A stretch of 64,000 bases of DNA, taken from positions 111,848,001 to 111,912,000 of the forward strand of contig OX597814.1 in NCBI GenBank assembly GCA_951406725.2, read 5' to 3'. Origin of the DNA: Octopus vulgaris. Its lineage: Eukaryota. Under the pieces are notes generated by a model, which did not search any database, had not been told where the DNA came from, and worked only from the letters and a program-made list of their open reading frames with translations. The translations under genes were made by a program, and so were the position numbers. Shown here in pieces: positions 1 through 12,744 of this stretch (positions within the stretch are counted from its first letter, which is position 1; the number at the start of each line of letters is the position of its first letter).

Positions 1-540
1 TGTCCCTTTCTCTTGTCTTTTGTTCTCACGTGACCGCTAGCCGCTGTTGAACGCTCTTTTCGTTCCAGCAGCCGTTGAAGCAACACGTACTTGTTCGTCT
101 CCCTGTGGCCATTAGGCACAACTTCATAAGCTAGCCCCATGCTCAATTCGTCCTGTCGAAAGACCCTTGTCCTACGTCCTGGTTTTGTTTTGTTGTTTAT
201 TATTTTTTATACTTTATTTTTACCGTTATTGTTTTTACGTTTTTGTATTCTTATTGTTGTCACGTATTCTGTATTTTTGTTCGTGTACTTCGTTCGTTTT
301 CCGTCCTCGTGTTGTATACATTCGAAGCTTTCTTCCAGGGGATCTAATGCACTTGGCTTAGATTTCCCGTGGCGGGCTGGCCATATCGGAGCAATCTCAA
401 GATTAATCAGCCGAAATTGCTAAGATGATCTGGTTCTTGACTGATGACTGAGGGCTTCGAATGTCCCGTCCTGTGGTTCTTGTGTCGTCTCTGTGGCGTT
501 TCATGTTCTTGTCCATGTCTGTAATTATTTTTACTGTTTA

Positions 541-584
<44 letters not shown>

Positions 585-614
585 TATATATATATAAATA
601 TATATATACACGCA

Positions 615-822
615 TATGTTTGTGTGTCTGTGTTTCCCCCACCATCGCTTGACAACCGATGTTGGTGTGTTTACGTCTCCGTAACTTAGCGGTTCGGCAA
701 AAGAAACCGATAGAATAAAAACTAGGCTTGCAAAGAATAAGTTTTGGGTTCTATTTGTTCGACCAAAAGCGGTGCTCCAGCATGGCCGCAGTCAAATCAC
801 TGAAACAAAAGAATAAAAAAGT
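615..822 (+). mobile_element. SINE family B (CORE-like), 3' half
   Basis: Matches the 3' half of longer copies at 23628 and 27368 (ccaccatcgcttgacaaccgat...cagcatggccgcagtcaaatcactgaaacaa). Confidence 0.8.
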
Positions 823-1939
823 ACATGCGCAGACAAAACAAACGCACACAGAAAGACATACACACACACATATGTAAACACACGCGTTTACACACACCGC
901 ACACAAACGCATATACTCAAACATACAAACACCCGCGCACACATACATACGTAATGCATGTCCATTGTCCATGTTCCATCTCATTCTGCCCTGTCCAACT
1001 CCCCTTCCTCCTACCGCCATTGCGTCTCTCCTAAAACAACACACCTCCCACTGCTCACCTTCTTTGTTTCTCTCTCTCAAACAATATATCTTTCAATCTC
1101 TTTTTTCTTTCTCTCTCTCTCTTCTCTAGACACATCCCCACCACCATTATTGTCTCATCTGTTTGCAATCACAACAAAACTTTCACTTTCTTATTAACCT
1201 ACTGTTTGCTATTCTGTCATCTAGTCTCTCTCTCCCCTCTCTCTCTCCTTCTTTTTCTCTCCTCTCCTCTCCTCTCTGTTTCTTCTCTACTCTTTGTCTC
1301 TCTCCTCCACTCTCCCTATTTCATCTCTTTTCACCTCTCGCTTCACCGCTTGAAGAATCAACATTATTGTACTTCGAAAGATCCTTTAGGGGTCGTTAAA
1401 TTAAGTACCAGTTGAGTACTGAGGTCAGTCTGATCGACTGGCCCACTCCCCCTCCAAATTTCAGGCCTTGTGCCTATATAAGAAAGGATTATTGTTTTTC
1501 GGAAGATAATGAAAAGTCTAAGTTTTACTAAAGAAACCCAATAAGACCATAACATGTCCGGAGTTGCCTCCCCTATGCTTATCGTAGAAAATGGCTCAAC
1601 TCAAGCTAACTCAAATAATTTAATTTAGCTGCCTTCTTGATTGGCAACATCTAATCTGCGGAGATCAAGAAAAACTGATTCCAGTCACGGATCTGCATCT
1701 TGTAAATACATTCGTTTTACTCATACTTCGAAGACACTGACAGACTGTCTGACGGAGGCGAGCAACCTGAAATTTTGAAGTCACTGTTAAACTTTTTTTT
1801 TCTGTAGTTTCATCTCAGAGCTGCGGCCATGCTGATGCACCGCCGTTGAATTTTAAAACATGTACTCTACTAAATTGTAAGGCTATATTATTTTTTAATA
1901 TTCTATATAACATGACATAAAACCCAACATTAATATATA

Positions 1940-2155
1940 CGTTGGGGAGCTGAAAAGATCCTGGTTTAAGGGTATCGTGAAAGGCCTGATTGGAGGTCCA
2001 ATCTTCAGAGTTCTTTTATCGGGCTTAGAAAAACTGAAGGACTGCTACAATAAGTGTATGAATCCGATAGGGGAATATGTTGAATAAAATCATAATTAAC
2101 TGATCTTCCTGTATTTTATTTTACACAAAGTCAAGAACATTTCAGCATCCTTTCG
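1940..2155 (+). mobile_element. Internally deleted mariner (MITE-like)
   Basis: TA-flanked, with degenerate TIRs (cgttggggagctgaaaagatcctgg / tcaagaacatttcagcatcctttcg). The interior reads GLEKLKDCYNKCMNPIGEYVE*, a mariner transposase C-terminus. Confidence 0.75.
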
Positions 2156-2734
2156 TATGCATACGCAAATACACAGACACATGCACACTCGTACGCACGC
2201 ACACAGACACAGACACACACACACACACACACACACAAACAAACACACACACACAAACACACTAATTCGCACATCCAACCAAAATTGGATGGGTTGTTTA
2301 GAACGCCTCAGACTGCGGCGAACGTCTTGCAAAATCATCTTGTGTTGATGACAAATGCTAAAAAGCAGAGACTTTACCGGCTGGTGAAATTTTCGTTACA
2401 ACCGATGGATGGCACAACAGCATCATGTGATTTCACAGTAGGTTGTGGATTATCAGCAGTAGCTGGTTAAGTACTGAATGACAGGTTGAATATCAGTGAA
2501 ACCGGTATGGCATAACAGTGGCCAAACGACCAGTGATGTCGCGAAAAGGTGACTGGCTGTGAATAACTCTGACGTCCTAAAGTGTTCTAAACAACACATC
2601 CAATATATGTTCGATGTGCTAATTGATATTCTTTACAAATCCTGCTTCTCCAAGGTTTGAGCTTCATCACTCCAATTTTCTTTCTTGTGTTACAGAGGAA
2701 ACATGGCAGCTCCGCTAGTCTGAAGGTGTGTGAG

Positions 2735-3090
2735 AGGCCGAAATTCATCGCAGGCTTCCAATACAGAACATCGCTCTACCGTTTGCAAGTTTGTATGAGT
2801 GGATCGCGAAGTTTAAAAATGACTGGAAAAGCAGGAAGCGCGAAGAAGAACTAAAATGTCTATTAACCTCCACCAATGATCTGAAGATTCGAGTAGTTAG
2901 AGAGATGGTTCTGGCAAATCGACGAGTGATCATCGTGTTCTCTACTTATTAGCCATGGTTCTGCATACGAAATAATCCCCGACAAACTTCGTTTCAGAAA
3001 CGTCTGCAAGATGAGTGCCAAGAAACCTTACCGTAGCCCATAAGCGCAACTGTGCGGAGATCTACTAATGTTTATTCTCCCGCTACAAGT
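2735..3090 (+). pseudogene. Mariner transposase N-terminal remnant
   Basis: Frameshifted peptides LYEWIAKFKN, TSTNDLKIRVVREMVLANRRVII, ISHGSAYEIIPDKLRF and R*VPRNLT (WVPHEL-like motif). Confidence 0.7.
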
Positions 3091-3825
3091 ATAGAGGAGT
3101 GCTGATCCTGGATCCCTGAATCCCCTTTCAGCTCCTTGACACACACGACTTAATTCAGCTCTACAGCTGTTTCAACGTTGTGACTATAACACTATCATTT
3201 ACATAATTATGTAACTGATATATAAAACTGCATAATTCACTTAAATGTGATGAATAAACCGTTTCGTCAAGAGATATAATTGAAATATATGATATTTTCT
3301 CTTAGATTCTGCATATATAGCTTTACTGGTCAATTAAATCATCAACGTGAGTGTGTGTGTGTGTGTGTGTGTGTGATTCTTATGTGCGTCCGTGTCTATG
3401 TCCGCGCTCATGGTCTAAGACCTGGGATTGCTCACGTATCTCTTCAGGTTCCGTTACCTAGCAGTTCAACAAATAGGGTTCAATAAAATAAATAAGCGTA
3501 TGTAGGAAATACTGAGATCAATATGATTAACTAAAACCCTTCAAAGCGGTGCCCCAACATGGCCGAAGTTCAATGGTTGAAACCAGTAAAGCATTAAGTG
3601 AATTGAGGAATATACACTTTATGACGACGAGAGTTCCAGTTGATCCGATCAAGAGAACAGCCTGCTCTTGAAATTAACGTGCGTTCTCCCTTGACATAAT
3701 TCTCAGGGAGATTCAGTGTGAAACACGCACGCGCACACACACACACACTGTGTGCTTTTCGTTCCTTCTCTCCTATCTCCCCTTCCTCGTACCACGATTG
3801 TACCTCTCCTAAAACAAGCCTCCTA

Positions 3826-3831
3826 CCTCTC

Positions 3832-3874
<43 letters not shown>

Positions 3875-3997
3875 CTCTCTCCTCTCTGTCTCTCTGTCTC
3901 TGTCTCTGTCTCTGACTCTGACTCTCTCTCTCTCTCTCTCTGACTCTCTCTATTTCTCTGACTCTTTCTCTCTCTCTGACTCTCTCTCCTCTCTGTC

Positions 3998-4028
<31 letters not shown>

Positions 4029-4490
4029 CTCTCTCTCTCTCTCTCTCTGACTTTCTCTCTCTCCGACTCTCTCTATTTCTCTGACTCTCTCTCTCTCCTC
4101 TCTGTCTCTCTCTGTCTCTCTTTCTGCCTCTGTCTCTCTCTCTCTCTGACTCTCTCTCTCTCTCTCTGACTCTCTCTCTCTCTCTCTGACTCTCTCTCTC
4201 TCTCTCTGACTCTCTCTCTCTCCGACTTTCTCTATTTCTCTGACTCTCTCTCTGTCTCCTCTCTCCTCTCTGTCTCTCTCTCTGTCTCTGTCTGTCTGTC
4301 TATCTGTCTGTCTCTCTTTCTCTGACACACTGACTCTCTCTGACTCTCTCCTCTCTCCTCTCTGTCTCTGTCTGTCTGTCTCTCTCTCTGATTCTCTCTC
4401 TCTCTCTCTCTCTGACTCTCCCTCTCTCTCGCTGACTATCTCTCTCTCTCTCTCTCTCTCCCTCTCTCCCTCCCCCCTCTCTCTATCCCT
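3826..4490. repeat. Compound (CT)n/(CTGA)/(CTGT) microsatellite
   Basis: Seen directly; it produces the spurious 244-aa RE-repeat ORF. Confidence 0.95.
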
Positions 4491-5009
4491 GCTCCTCTTT
4501 CACCCGTGTCTCATTTCTGTTTGCAATCACAACACTGCTGTTTATTTAATTCTTCATTTTTCTATTAGGCGGTTGTTTACCATTCTGTCATCTGTGCTCC
4601 ACCCCACTCTCTCACCCACCTTCTTTCTTTCTCTTTCTCCACTTACACATATAAAACCATACACACACATAAACAAGCTTACACATACATGCACATACAT
4701 ACATAAATGCATACCCACATATATGCATGTACGTATGTCTAATTATATGCACATCCAGCCCCACTTAAACGCATAAACATACACGCAAATACAGCCATAT
4801 ACACAAATACATAGATGTGCATATTACACGCAAGTACACACTCAGTAATACACATACACACATATGCATGTACATCACATTTACGCATATATTCACATAG
4901 ACATACATATATATACGATCAATCGTCTGCATATACAGTACACAAATATATATATATATATAGATATACAAATACACACAAATACACACACACACATCTT
5001 AATATAGAT

Positions 5010-5506
5010 TTGAGTGATGCTTTTCTGACGGTTACGTTTTTATGTTCATTAACTCCTCCTAGACCGTTGGTACAAGGACAACAAAACTCAAACCAGCATC
5101 TCCCCTAATCCAAGGGTATGTCCTAAGAGGTCTATTTTTTTAAGGGCTGCCTAATTGGGGCCCCACTAACCCCACTATTTTTACTGCATTTTAAACTAAA
5201 TACATGGCATTGGCGACCAAATTAGAGCAATGACAATGAATTTCATACCATGAACTCCCAGGGAGTATCGTAAGGGGGTTCCATTTCTGAAGGACTGCTT
5301 AAATGGGGCCCCACTGATCCCACTGTTTTTACTGTATTTACCTCACTCCTACGCTTATTGATTAAACTACGATCAGAATCAGTGCTTAGCACATTTGCAG
5401 AAATAAGTTTCACTACACAAGCAGCCCGATTGTGGGTCCGAAGGCCTAAAAGGTGCCCTCCGCAGGAACTAGCCTGAATGCCGCCCGAAGAGCGGATTCA
5501 AGGCTA

Positions 5507-5507
<1 letters not shown>
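5010..5507 (+). mobile_element. Probable non-autonomous Helitron-like element (3' end)
   Basis: GC hairpin ccgc-ccgaaga-gcgg (5481-5495) lies 8 nt upstream of a terminal CTAG|T. Two internal units about 149 bp apart share ggggccccactaaccccactatttttactg. The 5' boundary is uncertain. Confidence 0.45.
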
Positions 5508-5554
<47 letters not shown>

Positions 5555-5558
<4 letters not shown>

Positions 5559-5787
5559 ACAATCAAGGAACGGCCATAATAGGCCATTCACCCACTAGAA
5601 ATAACAGCCAAAGCTTCAACCGCAAATAAAAGTCAATTCTGTAAACCAGGAGAAAATTTAAAAAACATTTACCATGTTTTTTAAATTTTCTCCTGGTTTA
5701 CAGAATTGACTTTTATTTGCGGTTGAAGCTTTGGCTGTTATTTCTAGTGGGTGAATGGCCTATTATGGCCGTTCCTTGATTGTTGAT
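5555..5787. repeat. Perfect 114-bp inverted repeat with 5-bp spacer
   Basis: Arms 5555-5668 and 5674-5787 are exact reverse complements with spacer TTACC. The block lies between two (TA)n tracts. Confidence 0.95.
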
Positions 5788-6239
5788 GTTAAACTTAAAA
5801 ATGGTCTATGACTATTTAATTTTTTCCTACTAGGCCGCTGGTGGCAAAAGAATTCTACAAAATTTTTTTTGCCACCCTATATTGATTAATTATATATATA
5901 TATATATATATATACGAGCAAAACGCCCCCCGTCCAATGGACGGTGCTGAGTTGTCAAATATTTAAACCAAATTTTCTCAAGACAACTTGTCCGACCGTC
6001 CCATAGGCCACCCCTTTGAGAAACACTGATTTAACCTAAATTTGAGACACCAGCAAAAGAAGAAATAAAGATAGACTTCTTTCTATTTCAAAGAAAAACG
6101 ATTTTATTTACACAAATATGCAACCGACGAGTTTAAAGAACCAGTAAGTACAGCGTAACAGCTGATGTACTTGGCGTACAAATGTAGGCTCTCACGGCTT
6201 TATCGATCGTATTCTCACCTGGAATCGATTTTTGTCATT

Positions 6240-6369
6240 TTTTCAAGACTTATACACGCCCTGATACCGTCGGTATCTACATATCAAATCTGAGCGCAAT
6301 CGGATGGAGGATGCCCGAGATCCTAGAAGACACACACACAGACAGACAGAACGAATTTTATATAATAGA
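6240..6369 (-). mobile_element. Helitron-like 5' terminus
   Basis: Minus strand reads A|TCTATTATATAAAA followed by a (CTGT)/(GT) microsatellite, the usual start of non-autonomous Helitrons. Confidence 0.4.
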
Positions 6370-7047
6370 TATGCACCTCTTCCTAAGGTGCATAAAATTT
6401 GTTCTGTACGTTTGAGCATAAAAGTGCATATAAACATGCAATTTTATGCTGAAACGTACAGGACATACTTTATGCATCTTTTATTCCCAGACAGACACAA
6501 CACGTCACCAATTCTAGGGATCGAAACCACAGTCTTACTATCATACGTGCAAAAAACTGAACCAAGCGCTTCCACAATAAATGTATATACCCAGGTGTAA
6601 ATGTGTCTATGTGTATATATATATAGATATATCAACGTACGCACTTACATAAGTCATGACATAGATATTCACATATGCGTGCTTGCACACGTAATACAAG
6701 TTCAGATGCATAGACACAAGCATAGGTATGTATATGCAAACATACATATAAATATGCATACATGGATAATCATATACACCTACATACATACCTGTAATTA
6801 GTGGGACCCTGGGATATGTAGCATACTCCCTAAATACCAATCTTAAGAAATTAGTCTTCTCAAAACCAGAAAGGAGAAGGCTAATTCGAAGACAACAGAT
6901 CCAATCCGTCGCTGGAACTGTAAAGATCTGTAAAACTTTCCAGCAGTTTATCATTTAAGTATATATGAGCATGTCTAGATATGCAGCTATATGCATGAGA
7001 ATACATACATAAAGCATACAAATCTGCACATACATACATACATACAG

Positions 7048-8206
7048 GTTTCACATGGGGGCCCTGAAATCAGGACTTCTCATCAGGATGATGGTCCTAA
7101 CAACAGTCATCTCAACGAGCAGTTGCTGTTGCTCAAACAAGAGGTCGAGCACCTAAAGTCTGTTGTTGCTCATTTACTAAATAAACAGTCTTCTATTGAC
7201 GCAGAGCCACCCTTGATTTCTTCCCTGAAGATGTCCAAACTGAAGGGAACAAAATCGAAGCGGCCAAAGAAGGCGAAGGAACCGGCGGTCGTTTCCGCAC
7301 ATGATCGTTCCTGTGCGGTCCCGGAGGTTTCCCAACCTGAATTGAGGAGCGTAGACTCAAACCCACCTGAAGACCGCTGTTCTCCCAAAAAGAAGAAACG
7401 TAGTCATAACTCCAGTGGAGCAGATTTAGCTACGAAACCTGCTCACGATAAAATCTGTTTGGATTCTCCCTCATTTGTCCTTCCCATCAATGCCATTGCT
7501 CAACCAATTCTGAATGATCTTGATGTGAGTTCATCTGGGGAGTGGTGCTCCTCCAAACCGAAGAAGAGGCAGTGCAGTTTCAAACCAGGCGGGAAAGTTA
7601 TGACCACTAAACCCATTCCGATCAACCCCAAAGGCCTACATAAATCTGATGGCTATGAAACCACCCTTTCGAAATCATCCAACGAAGAATCGAATGCCGC
7701 AGCTCATAGTAGAGAACAGAAAGACAATTTTGCCCACTCAAGATCAGCAATCATTTATGGTAAAGCTGAATCCACCTGTGATACAGGCATAAACCGCCTA
7801 AAAGAAGACATAAATTGTTTCCGTTTTAGTTGGAGAATTGTTCTCTGTCAACGAAAATGTCAGTATCCATAAGGTCGCTCGGCTAGGAAGATTCCAAGTG
7901 AACTCAACCTCAGACACTAGACCACGCCCAATAAGAGTAATCTTTTCTTCCGATCAGGAGGCTTCAACCTTTCTGAACAGAGCTCAGATGCATGCCTGGG
8001 AGGACCCCAATATGGGTTTTCGCGAGCAATACTCACTGAGAGAGAGAATTCGCCGGAGAAACCTAATATCCGAACTGAAGATGAGAAAACAGATGAGAGA
8101 GAAGGGTTTACGCATCCAAGATGGACAAATAATCAAGTCCTACCACTGGTCGCATGCTGTAGCGCTGACAGAGAAAGTGAATCGAGGGCGAATCGAAGTA
8201 AAGTAG
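7048..8206 (+). pseudogene. LINE ORF1 (frameshift near 7825)
   Basis: Coiled-coil-like LLLLKQEVEHLKSVV, then AIIYGKAES and RLGRFQ...RPRPIRVIF...LISELKMRK, typical of the CR1/L2 ORF1 C-terminal domain. The ATG at 6991 lies in flanking DNA. Confidence 0.75.
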
Positions 8207-8289
8207 ATACCCCCGTCAACGATGCTATCTCTGATACCCCTTATTCTGCTTGTTCCCCAATTCCCGCCCCTCAAACTTCACAGCTCAGC

Positions 8290-11059
8290 ATCGTCTATAC
8301 CAACTCGTGCTCTTTATTTCCAAAGTTCAGCGAACTATTTACACTGGCCATGCGTGATTCCCCTGATGTGATAGCTATCACCGAGACTTGGCTGACTCCA
8401 ACAGTAAAGGACTCGAAAATCCACCTACAGGGCAACGCTCTCTTCAGATGTGACAGAGAAAAAAGACGAGGTGGAGGTGTTGCTGTGTATGTTAAATCTG
8501 ATCTCAAACTGTCCAGCGGTATTCTACCCACTAATGCTCAACCTACAACAAAATTCGATGCCGTCTATTGCAAGCTGAGCCTATCCAGGTTTTGCCTGCC
8601 CGTGTTAGCTGTCTACAGGCCGCCCCTTGCCGACCCCCAGGACGATGCTCATTTACTAGAAGCGATAAGATTCGTTTCAGCTTCTCATGACTGTTTGATA
8701 TTAGGTGACTTCAACGCTCCCACGATCGATTGGCCCACATCAATTTGTACATCATCTTCCGGTTCGGCCAGGCCCTTCTTGACGTGGCTGAAGATTGTTT
8801 TCTATCGCAACATGTTGAATATCCGACAAGGCATCGGTCTGGGCAGCAACCCTCTATGCTGGATCTGGTATTCTCCTGCTATCCAAGATCAGTGTCAGGC
8901 TTATCTGTGTGCGCCCCTCTTGCCAAGAGTGATCATGCGGTCCTGAAGTTCGTCATGCACACAACTTTTTCTACGCCCACGACTACTTCGCTGCCACGTA
9001 GAGTCTTCTCTGCAATTAATCTTGAAATTCTAACCGAGGCTTCCGCGCTTCTGGACTGGCGATCCCTGATGACGTTGTCCTCAGTTGACGAACTATGGTC
9101 GTCCCTCAAAGCATATGTAATCTGGTTGACTGACCAAGCAGTTCCCGTTGGGCTTCCCAAGAAGAAGAAACACAAGCCCTGGGTGACGAAGAAGGTTAAA
9201 CGAGAACTTCGACTCAGAGATATTGCTTGGGCTGAATTCAAAAATCTAGATTCGACTGCAGCTTTTGAGGTGTACAAAACTCAACGAGACCGAGCCGTGA
9301 AAATTGAAAAGGAAGAACGCTTCAGATATGAATACAGAATCGCGGCAAACGCCAGTCGCAATCCAAAAACCTTCTTTGCCCATGTCCAACGGAATTCCCG
9401 CTTGAACAACCAAATTGCAACGTTGGTAGACTCAACAGGCGTATCGATTGAGGACCCTTATCAACAGAGTCAATTATTTGCCGAGGCTTTTTCAACTATT
9501 TTCAAACAAGATGATGGTCGTGAACCCCCTCCATTTGATAGATCGGTACCTCCAATGCTTCGATTGGTCATCACGCGGGACGAAGTCGAACGCGTTATTC
9601 AAGGCCTCGATGTCAACAAGGGTCACGGCCCTGACGGCATACACCCACGGGTTATCAAAGCGTTGGCTCCGGTCATCTGCGAGCCTTTAACACGTCTATT
9701 CAATATGTCATTGGCGACGGGTGTTATACCTGCGGACTGGAGAACAGCGATAATCTGCCCAATTTTCAAGAAAGGGAGCCGCGAAGACCCGCTTAACTAC
9801 CGACCGGTTTCCCTTACTTCAATAATCAGCAAGATGTTCGAAACCATCCTTAAGAAAAGTATGATGCTCCACCTCCAAAACACAGCCTCTATCTCTGATT
9901 CCCAACACGGCTTCATGCCGAAGAGATCATGCTTGACCAACTTACTGGTAATGGAAGAATTGGTGACGCGCATCCTCGATGATGGTGATGCTGTTGACAT
10001 CGTTTTATTGGACTTTGCCAAAGCTTTTGACTCGGTAAACCACCGCCTATTACTTGTCAAGCTTCAAGCATATAGTTTCCATCCGGATATTGTACGATGG
10101 GTTGGTGCCTTCCTCTCAGATCGCTCCTTCCAAGTCCAAGTTAATGGTTCGCTGTCCGACGTCTCCAGTGCGAGCAGTGGCGTGCCTCAAGGTTCAGTGC
10201 TTGGGTCCTTATTGTTCTTAGTCTTCATAAATGACTTGCCCGACGACCTCACGACCTTCTATTTGCCGACGATGTCAAACTGGTCGCTCCTCGCGGTGTT
10301 ATAGAGGATCTTCGTCGATGCCTCCATCAAATTTGGAGATGGTCTAACGAATGGGACCTGTGTCTGAACGTGTCAAAGTGCTGTCATCTGCCTGTTGGCT
10401 CTCCTCCTGCAACTCAACTTGATTTCGAGCCGGGTCGTCTGCTGCTGGAGAGGACCGACCAGGTAAAGGGCCAGGGTATCTTGGTGGATTCCTCCTTTTC
10501 GCCTTCGGCCCAGTGCGTCCATGCTGCCAACAAAGCACGTGGAGTTCTGTTCTTGATTCGACGGTCATTCGGAATGCTCACAGCAGCCATATTCCTACCG
10601 CTCTATGTCACGCTGGTGAGACCCATATTGGAGTACGGGATTCAAGCCTCTTCTCCTTATCTCCTCAAAGACATACAGCATCTCGAAAGAGTCCAGAAGC
10701 TGGCTACCCGCATGGTTCTTGGTCTCAAGAATTTGTCTTATGAAGAAAGGCTGAAGACGCTCGACCTTTATTCTCTAGAAAAACGACGACGCCGTGGTGA
10801 TCTCATTCTTGCTCACATCATAAGCGGAAAGTGTAACCTCTCGAAAGGGCTGTTCTTCATTCCTGCTTCAGAGCGTCGGCTGCGGGGTCACTCCGAAAAG
10901 CTCTATCTGAGTCGATTTCATCTCAATCGAAGGAGAGGGGCCTTCTCCGTCCGGGTTGCGGATCCGTGGAATAAGCTGCCGGACGAGATGGTGAAGATGC
11001 CGACGACCGCTCGGTTCAAAGTCTCCCTTGACCACAAGTGGCCTGAACTCTTTACATGA
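8290..11059 (+). pseudogene. LINE ORF2: AP endonuclease + reverse transcriptase (frameshifts near 8760 and 10258)
   Basis: EN motifs: ITETWL, DREKRRGGGV, YRPP, GDFN, LDLVFS, SDH. RT motifs: GPDG, NYRPVSLTS, QHGF, DFAKAFDSV, GVPQGS, LFADDVKL (frame starting 10259). C-terminal motifs: RPILEYG, LRGHSEKL, WNKLP. Confidence 0.93.
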
Positions 11060-11210
11060 ACACCACCCTGTACATAACTCCATGTCCCCCTACATGGCCT
11101 TGCTTTTTGCTTTTTGAGCCAAAAATTAACTAAATACATACACACATACATACATACATACATACATACATACATACATACATACATACATACATACATG
11201 CATATACATA

Positions 11211-11370
11211 CTCTCTTTACTCTCTTTTACTCTTTTACTTGTTTCAGTCATTTGACTGCGGCCATGCTAGAGCACCGCTTTTAGTCGAGCAAATCGACCC
11301 AGGACTAATTCTTTGGAAACCTAGTACTTATTCTATCGGTCTCTTTTGCCGAACCGCTAAGTTAGGGGAC
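11211..11370 (-). mobile_element. SINE family B, 3' part
   Basis: Reverse complement of the family B tail, with (TAAAAGAG)n end repeats. Confidence 0.8.
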
Positions 11371-11374
11371 CGAA

Positions 11375-11582
11375 TCAGTTCACAACGCCCTCTAGCCAGA
11401 CTGTTGGATGCATGTATTCCAGTGTAGTTATCTCCTCTTCAGCCACAGAGAACGGAAAAGTAGGCGCTCCGAACTGACACGAGAGACAGGCCCCTCTTAT
11501 GATATTCCGGTCTCTGCGGCTGAAGAGAAGATAATCACTTCGAAATATATGCACAGTTTGGTTAGGGGGCGCTGTGAGCTGA
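11375..11582. repeat. Imperfect ~80-bp inverted repeat (foldback or MITE-like)
   Basis: 11375-11457 pairs with 11505-11582 (e.g. ctcttcagccacagagaacggaa / ttccggtctctgcggctgaagag). Confidence 0.85.
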
Positions 11583-11856
11583 CTACTTGTCTGCAGCGAG
11601 AAATTTTTTCCATGACAAAATACAGTGAATGACTTTCCTCGGGTTCGTATATGTCTCAAAGATATTCGAGCTGGTAAGAAGTTTGCGTTTACATACATCA
11701 CTGCTTAGTGCTGTCATACACACTTTCTCTCGCCATATATAGCGACAGCTTTAGTCTTATATTTATAAGACTGCCATATTAGTATGGCGATAACTATTAA
11801 TTTCCAGTAACGCTGCCGTAATCTCCTTTAGAGAGACTTAGTAATTTTAATATTTC

Positions 11857-11918
<62 letters not shown>

Positions 11919-12028
11919 GACGTTTTCTGTTACTTGTACCTAGCTGCATAAATATTCAAGTGTATATAGATGCATGCACATTCTTCATCAGGTAAGTCAC
12001 GAATGAAAACAAATTCAAAGTGAACTCT

Positions 12029-12064
<36 letters not shown>

Positions 12065-12669
12065 TTTGTATGTATATACATATATATATGTACATATACA
12101 AACCGGAATATAGATACATGTGTGTGGTTACATGTGTTTGTGTATGTGTGTGTGTGTGTGTTTTTATATATATGTAGCTACATACGCATCTCACATACAC
12201 ATACTATTCTATATGATCCTATACGCTGGGTAACAGCAACATTTCATAAACTTTAATTAACAAGTTTGTTATTAGTAGCCGAGTGACAGTGTCATTCTAA
12301 GAGTTGTGTGTGCGTTTCTCCGGTGGATTTGTCGGACAGAGGAAGACTTTCACACGGGAAGACATTCTAATGTCAACTACCACCAACCCCATCCACCTCA
12401 CCAACCCTCTTACCCATTCTGTTTTCTTTTGGTCTCCGGATATTATTATTGAACAAGGGTCTGTGGTTTAAGTATTGATAAGGTAGCTACAATGCAGCCA
12501 TCTGTAAGGGGCGCAGATATCACGTATGTATATATGTATGTATGCATGCATGCATGTATGTATGTATACTTCTGTATATATATGTACGTGTGTGTGTGTG
12601 GGGGGGGGGTTTGCATGTATGTATATATATTCATATATATATATATATATATATTCATATATATATATA

Positions 12670-12744
<75 letters not shown>

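Larger units (their letters stand above)
7048..11133 (+). mobile_element. CR1-group LINE (ORF1 + APE-RT ORF2), near full length, frameshifted
   Basis: ORF1, endonuclease, RT and C-terminal motifs occur in order. A short 3' UTR ends in (TACA)n, and (TACA)n also precedes the 5' end. Confidence 0.93.

Noticed and set aside
6015-6028. hAT element from a TIR-like tttgagaaacactg (similar single end near 38135)
   Set aside because: Only one terminus was found, with no partner TIR or TSD.
6991-7047. ATG at 6991 as the LINE ORF1 start or a host-LINE fusion
   Set aside because: It lies in TACA-rich flank upstream of the element boundary; the in-frame read-through is likely fortuitous.
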